Shown: positions 60,701 to 64,000 of the stretch, in pieces | Numbering within the stretch: position 1 is the first letter of the stretch | Layout: each line of letters begins with the position of its first letter | DNA from: an uncultured Eubacteriales bacterium | GTDB lineage: Bacteria > Bacillota > Clostridia > Christensenellales > UBA1242 | DNA: 64,000 nucleotides | Reading direction: 5' to 3' | Assembly: GCA_948695535.1 (NCBI GenBank) | Contig: CAPRTS010000004.1 | Location: 37,608 to 101,607, forward strand | The notes under the pieces: generated by a model | Database searches by the model: none | What the model saw: only the letters and a program-made list of their open reading frames with translations | Told to the model about the DNA's origin: nothing | Program-made: the position numbers and the translations under genes

Positions 60701-61629
60701 TTGGCGGAAAGGCTAATTTAACCACAGTGGTGATTGGTAACGGCGTGACCAGTATTGATAGTTGTGCGTTCGTTAATTGCAATGGCTTAACGAGCATCAC
60801 GATTCCCGATAGTGTGACCAGTATTGGTGTTTCAGCTTTCAGCGGTTGTATTGGTTTGACGAGTATAATTATTCCCGATAGCGTGACCAGTATTGACAAT
60901 TACGCGTTTGAAGGTTGCAGTGGCTTGACGAGTATAACGATTGGTAATAGCGTGACCAGCATTGGCAAGTATGCGTTCTATTATTGTAGTAGTTTAGCAA
61001 ATATTACGATTCCCGATAGCGTGACCAGTATTGGTGATGAAGCGTTCGAATATTGCAGTAAATTGACGAGTATAACGATTGGTAATAGTGTGACCAGTAT
61101 TGGTGTTTCAGCTTTCAGCGGTTGTATTGGTTTGACGAGTGTAATTATTCCCGATAGCGTGACCAGTATTGGTGTTTCAGCTTTCAGCGGTTGTATTGGT
61201 TTGACGAGTGTAATTATTCCCGATAGCGTGACCAGTATTGGTAATTCCGCGTTTTATGGTTGCAGTAACTTGACGAGTATAACGATTGGTAATAGCGTGA
61301 CCAGTATTGGTGGTTCAGCTTTCAGAGGTTGTATTGGTTTGACGAGTATAATTATTCCCGATAGCGTGACCAGCATTGGCGGTTCTGCGTTCGAGGATTG
61401 CAGTGGTTTAACCAGTGTAATTATTCCCGATAGCGTGACCAGTATTGGTAATTACGCGTTTGAAGGTTGCAGTGGTTTGGAGAGTGTAACATTTGCAGAT
61501 ACTGATGGTTGGTATATTTCAAACACCTCTGGTGCGACCAGCGGCATTAATTTGACTTTGACTGATGCAGCTGCTAACGTAAGGTACTTGACCAGTTATT
61601 ACGAGAATTATTATTGGTATAAGGGTTAA
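57793..61629 (+). CDS. BspA-type leucine-rich-repeat surface lipoprotein with N-terminal Flg_new repeats
   Basis: Lipobox LLCTGVGMSAC. About 7 Flg_new/InlB-B repeats (Y.I.Y..NGG...F.GW). More than 25 23-aa LRR_5-type units (IPDSVTSIGNxAFxGCSGLTSVxI). Confidence 0.85.
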   Translation: MKKLKNWFKCLVLVGALLCTGVGMSACSFGFGNQTQSYKITYYANDGTESYRTETCYDYQKDAFTIGVGMGFDRPWYRFVEWNTAADGTGTAYESCAEYQITGDLNLYAIWEDATRQITYHANDGTEQTTIQTFDSSRYVNLKANNAFTRTGYEITKWNTTADGSGTVYYPGNSDKLTDNLDLYAVWQLKNYSLSYNYYTDNGSSLSGVTKANNPSSYNVETPTITLQAPSKTGYTFEGWYREREFINPVTEITQGSTGDIRLYAKFSLIPYTITYELDGGTNGDNPSTYNVTTSTFTLQAPTKDGYTFDGWYRESEFINRVTRITQGTTGEITLYAKFTLTNYSITYVLNGGVNGNNPSAYTIETDSFALSMPTKNGYHFDGWYSESNFVNQVTEITKGTMGNITLYAKFESISYTITYELDGGVNGNNRSVYTCTNSFILQDPSKNGYYFGGWYSDSNYANKVTQIKYGTTGDITLYARWCTNEDIYNVDNDTIIGLNDIGKTLSLKILDIPSQIKGVNITAIGLEAFRNNKTLTKVVIPAGITDIGNDAFYNCSMLNEVHITDLSAWIQIDFGNKFANPLCSNDNEVNLYLNGEMVTDLVIPDGVIHIGSYVFYGRKDITSITIPDCVTSIGNYAFDGCSGLTSVIIGSGVTSLNGFSFSGNTNLTTVVIGNNVTSISNGAFSGCSSLQNITLPFVGDSANATDAASLFGYIFGTSKYIGGTSTRQCYTSSDAVYYIPTTLTTVTITGGRISYGAFYNCSDLTSITIGNGVTSIGISAFKNCRNLTNITIPDSVTSIGCAAFSGCSSLQNITLPFVGYERDATDTSSRFGYIFGYSSFNGGIKIEQGHSSSAATYYIPATLTTVTITGDNIPSDAFCSCFGLTSITISNGVTSIGDKAFEYCSKLTSITIGNSVTSIGKYAFYYCSSLANITIPDSVTSIGNSAFDGCSGLTSVIIGNGVTSLNGFFGGKANLTTVVIGNGVTSIDSCAFVNCNGLTSITIPDSVTSIGVSAFSGCIGLTSIIIPDSVTSIDNYAFEGCSGLTSITIGNSVTSIGKYAFYYCSSLANITIPDSVTSIGDEAFEYCSKLTSITIGNSVTSIGVSAFSGCIGLTSVIIPDSVTSIGVSAFSGCIGLTSVIIPDSVTSIGNSAFYGCSNLTSITIGNSVTSIGGSAFRGCIGLTSIIIPDSVTSIGGSAFEDCSGLTSVIIPDSVTSIGNYAFEGCSGLESVTFADTDGWYISNTSGATSGINLTLTDAAANVRYLTSYYENYYWYKG
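60514..60623 (+). repeat. 110-bp exact repeat, copy 1 (copy 2 at 60925-61034)
   Basis: Identical strings read in both places, in frame within the LRR gene. Confidence 0.85.
60925..61034 (+). repeat. 110-bp exact repeat, copy 2
   Basis: See copy 1. Confidence 0.85.
61102..61239 (+). repeat. perfect 69-bp tandem duplication (2 units, each GVSAFSGCIGLTSVIIPDSVTSI)
   Basis: Units 61102-61170 and 61171-61239 are letter-for-letter identical. Confidence 0.9.
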
Positions 61630-61652
61630 ATTTAAAAATACAAATGGAACAC

Positions 61653-61681
61653 AAAAAAGCCAGAGAATATCTGGCTTTTTT
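61653..61681. terminator. bidirectional terminator between convergent genes
   Basis: A6-GCCAGA-GAATA-TCTGGC-T6. Confidence 0.7.
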
Positions 61682-61682
61682 G

Positions 61683-61991
61683 TTATTTGTTAGGGATGTA
61701 GATTTTGTTACCAATCTTAATCGCGTTGTAAGTTTGTCCGTTAATTGGTTGTTCGACATGTTCGGGTTTGCCAGTGGTGTACGCACGCAAGAATAGTTTA
61801 TTGCTGCTTTCTTTGATTGGTTTAATGTCAATGTCCAGCATGTTTTCCTGTTTAGAAACTTCAATAATTTCAAAACCCTTTTGTAGTAAGTAACTGCTGA
61901 ATTGCCAGAGTTTCTCAAACATGCCGTTGCTGTCGATGATGCAACTGTAATTGTGCTTTTTGTCATAAGCGGTAATGCGATAATAGTTCAT
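61683..61991 (-). CDS. hypothetical protein
   Basis: 102-aa ORF. Its start codon lies 1 nt downstream of the PcfJ-like stop codon, same strand. Confidence 0.5.
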   Translation of the reverse strand: MNYYRITAYDKKHNYSCIIDSNGMFEKLWQFSSYLLQKGFEIIEVSKQENMLDIDIKPIKESSNKLFLRAYTTGKPEHVEQPINGQTYNAIKIGNKIYIPNK

Positions 61992-61992
61992 T

Positions 61993-63306
61993 TTATATTA
62001 CTCCTTTTAATTTGCGGTTGGCATAAGGTAGCCATTTTTTGTGAACATAGTTCAAAATTTCGTCTGCGGGTTTGCTGTCGTGATGACCATAACATTGCAA
62101 AACTTTGTGATTGGCAAGTGAATATTCCAAAGTTACCAATGGGGTATTTGGTGCTAAACGATTGCGAACAAAGAAAATTAGTGTTTCTTCACGAGCAAAC
62201 TTTTGGTCATAGTTCATTCGTCCAACACAGTGGTTTAATTGTTCACCTTCATAGACCAATTCGTTTGGTGATTTGGCAATTACACAAATGTAATCGTCTC
62301 TGACTAATAATCGTTCTAATGCTGAATACTTGTTAGCAATCGTCTTAAACCGTTCGCGTAATGCAAGCCGTTTGCATTCATCATCTTGGGCTTGTTGAGT
62401 GTGGTACTGGTCAATACGAACATCATGCCAATGTTGGAAGTCATGCGGATAACGATGTTTAAGTAGTGTCAAGTCAAGATTGAGATACCGGCAAGCATTC
62501 AAATAATCTTCATATGATGCTAGATTAGTGTGTTGTTTCTCTAAATACGCAAACAACTTGGGTGCTTCATCTTTCGGAATAATTTGCTTAATTAGTGAAT
62601 TGTTATAACTCGAGCGATAGTCTTTTTCTAACCGCATTCGTTCGTAAACTAGTTCAATACTTTTTTGTTCTTTATACGCTTTAATAATGGATGGAATGTA
62701 GTAATAAGCCCTAATTTCGCCGTGGTGAGCAAATAACCATTTTCGGAAGTGTTTGTCTTTATCTAGTAAGCGTAAAATGGTAACACTCATTGCTAGATGG
62801 TTTAGGTTTAATTTAACTAACATTTCAGCGATGGGATATTGCTCGTATAACCTTAAGTAGCGAAATAAATTACAGGCGCGGAAACGCTGACCCTGACTGT
62901 ATTTCAATGATTCAATTGTAGTAATAACTTCGGGGTTGATTAGGTCGCTGTCAATGTTGAAATAACGATCTTCGTGCCAATCCCATTGACCATCTTCATA
63001 ATAGCGTTGGTATTTCGTGATACCTTGCAAATACCAACCAACTTTATAGCCAGCGATGTAGTTGTAGCAAATATCATTGATATAGCAGCGTTTACTATGC
63101 AGCGCGTGAACCACGACTTGTTTGCAAAACCATTGCTTGCGGTAATTACGCACGGCGACCGTATACTTAACTAATTCTTTGCCTTGTTTAACCAGGTAAC
63201 AATAAAACCTAGTATTACCGTTTTGGTCAGGGTAATTTTGTAAATCATATTTTTTAATGCGTGCTACCATATACTTTGGCAATTTGCGAATGCCTTTGAC
63301 TATCAT
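61993..63306 (-). CDS. PcfJ-like protein
   Basis: The C-terminal EGEQLNHCVGRMNYDQKFAREETLIFFVR...TLEYSL...VLQCYGHHD matches the PcfJ domain pattern as I recall it from conjugative elements. Confidence 0.65.
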   Translation of the reverse strand: MIVKGIRKLPKYMVARIKKYDLQNYPDQNGNTRFYCYLVKQGKELVKYTVAVRNYRKQWFCKQVVVHALHSKRCYINDICYNYIAGYKVGWYLQGITKYQRYYEDGQWDWHEDRYFNIDSDLINPEVITTIESLKYSQGQRFRACNLFRYLRLYEQYPIAEMLVKLNLNHLAMSVTILRLLDKDKHFRKWLFAHHGEIRAYYYIPSIIKAYKEQKSIELVYERMRLEKDYRSSYNNSLIKQIIPKDEAPKLFAYLEKQHTNLASYEDYLNACRYLNLDLTLLKHRYPHDFQHWHDVRIDQYHTQQAQDDECKRLALRERFKTIANKYSALERLLVRDDYICVIAKSPNELVYEGEQLNHCVGRMNYDQKFAREETLIFFVRNRLAPNTPLVTLEYSLANHKVLQCYGHHDSKPADEILNYVHKKWLPYANRKLKGVI

Positions 63307-63890
63307 AATGTTACCTCTAATTTACCATCCAAAATTTGATTAAGTATTGTGGGGTAATCATTTTTTGGTTGTTCTCTAGCTTGTGGGGCAGGGCTTACGG
63401 TGCGCATGGCTTGGTCAAAACTGTCGTCTTCCCAAACATCATTAACTGCCGTGTCTGGATTTTTTACTTCGCGTTGCACTGTATCAAAGAGACTTATTTG
63501 CGGTGTTGCTGGCTTTTCTGTTTTTATTTTGGGCGTCGATACGGTTGCTGCCTTTTTGACTTGTGGTCGATATTCGCGGCCGTCTAAGGTGTATAACCTA
63601 CCTTCAATGCTATCTTCTTCAAAGTAATGGATTGCCCAAGCAAAGACAGTCTGGCTATCTATACAGGCGAATCTAGCACCTTGTTCAGCTTGTTTCTTGG
63701 CTTCATCGCTGGAATATTGCAAAAAGCCGGTTAGGTCTTTTTTGTTTAATAGCGTCAAATTATCTTTTTGGATTTGGACACCATTGTTGATTTTCTCGGC
63801 CAAAGTTTCGCTGGCATTTTGTTCCAGATAATCTTTCACACGTTGCTCGGCGTTACCATTGGCGGTTAAGTTTAATTTAATCATTTTCAT
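63303..63890 (-). CDS. PcfK-like protein (family that includes AcrIIA9, by recollection)
   Basis: 195 aa. The N-terminal helical domain (AEQRVKDYLEQNASETLAEKI...FAWAIHYFEEDSIEG) and upstream pairing with PcfJ are typical of PcfK/PcfJ operons. Confidence 0.55.
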   Translation of the reverse strand: MKMIKLNLTANGNAEQRVKDYLEQNASETLAEKINNGVQIQKDNLTLLNKKDLTGFLQYSSDEAKKQAEQGARFACIDSQTVFAWAIHYFEEDSIEGRLYTLDGREYRPQVKKAATVSTPKIKTEKPATPQISLFDTVQREVKNPDTAVNDVWEDDSFDQAMRTVSPAPQAREQPKNDYPTILNQILDGKLEVTL

Positions 63891-64000
63891 TTCCTTTTAA
63901 GGTTGGAAAAGGTGCCCAAGAATGGACACCTTCACCATACATTTCCTATTAGTTCAATTCTTTGATTAGTAATTGCAAAGAATCGTGTAAGTGGTAGTTA

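Larger units (their letters stand above)
45282..64000. mobile_element. mosaic integrated mobile DNA (serine-recombinase-bounded island continuing beyond the window)
   Basis: Abrupt shift to visibly more AT-rich sequence at ~45.3 kb. Gene content: LSR, tyrosine integrase, Rep, Zot-like, KilA-N, PcfJ/PcfK. The left edge is approximate and the right edge was not observed. Confidence 0.6.

Noticed and set aside
59650-61480. Regular ~69-bp periodic repeats that could be mistaken for a CRISPR array
   Set aside because: The repeats are contiguous with no unique spacers, lie in frame inside a 1278-aa ORF, and encode canonical 23-aa LRR units.

Overview
The first ~45 kb is chromosomal backbone from a moderately AT-rich, Bacillota/Clostridia-like genome. 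Lineage markers are spoIIAA-spoIIAB-sigF, a SpoIVFB-like S2P protease, RNase Y, SepF and YqzL. Housekeeping genes seen: tail of the spc ribosomal operon (L30-L15-secY-adk-map), gpsA, tgt, yajC, lepA-hemW, asd, L21-L27, polA, pgsA, rny, S21, mtaB, L13-S9, tRNA-Thr(UGU) and tRNA-Trp(CCA). Several proteins are unusually short or degenerate: PolA lacks the middle exonuclease-like domain, a ClpX paralog lacks the Zn finger, pore-loop Tyr and IGF loop, an MreB-like protein has eroded ATP motifs, and MtaB lacks TRAM. Surface-protein genes are prominent: a 3257-aa membrane-anchored repeat protein, and a Cys/His-module protein whose 5' end carries an out-of-frame (GCAA)10 tract, a candidate phase-variation switch. 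Many operon-leading genes have a -10 box 5-8 nt before the start codon and no SD, suggesting widespread leaderless mRNAs. From ~45.3 kb to the window end the DNA is visibly more AT-rich mosaic mobile DNA. It starts with a large serine recombinase whose ORF reads across the junction into an antisense host gene, preceded by a ~147-nt nested-stem leader. Then come a DUF4143-type ATPase and an inovirus-like module (Zot-like NTPase, HUH Rep, GC-rich hairpin region, tyrosine integrase). These are followed by a KilA-N protein, a BspA-type LRR lipoprotein with perfect internal DNA repeats, and a PcfJ/PcfK pair. No CRISPR array or rRNA was seen. All calls rest on reading the sequence and recalling family motifs; no searches were run.
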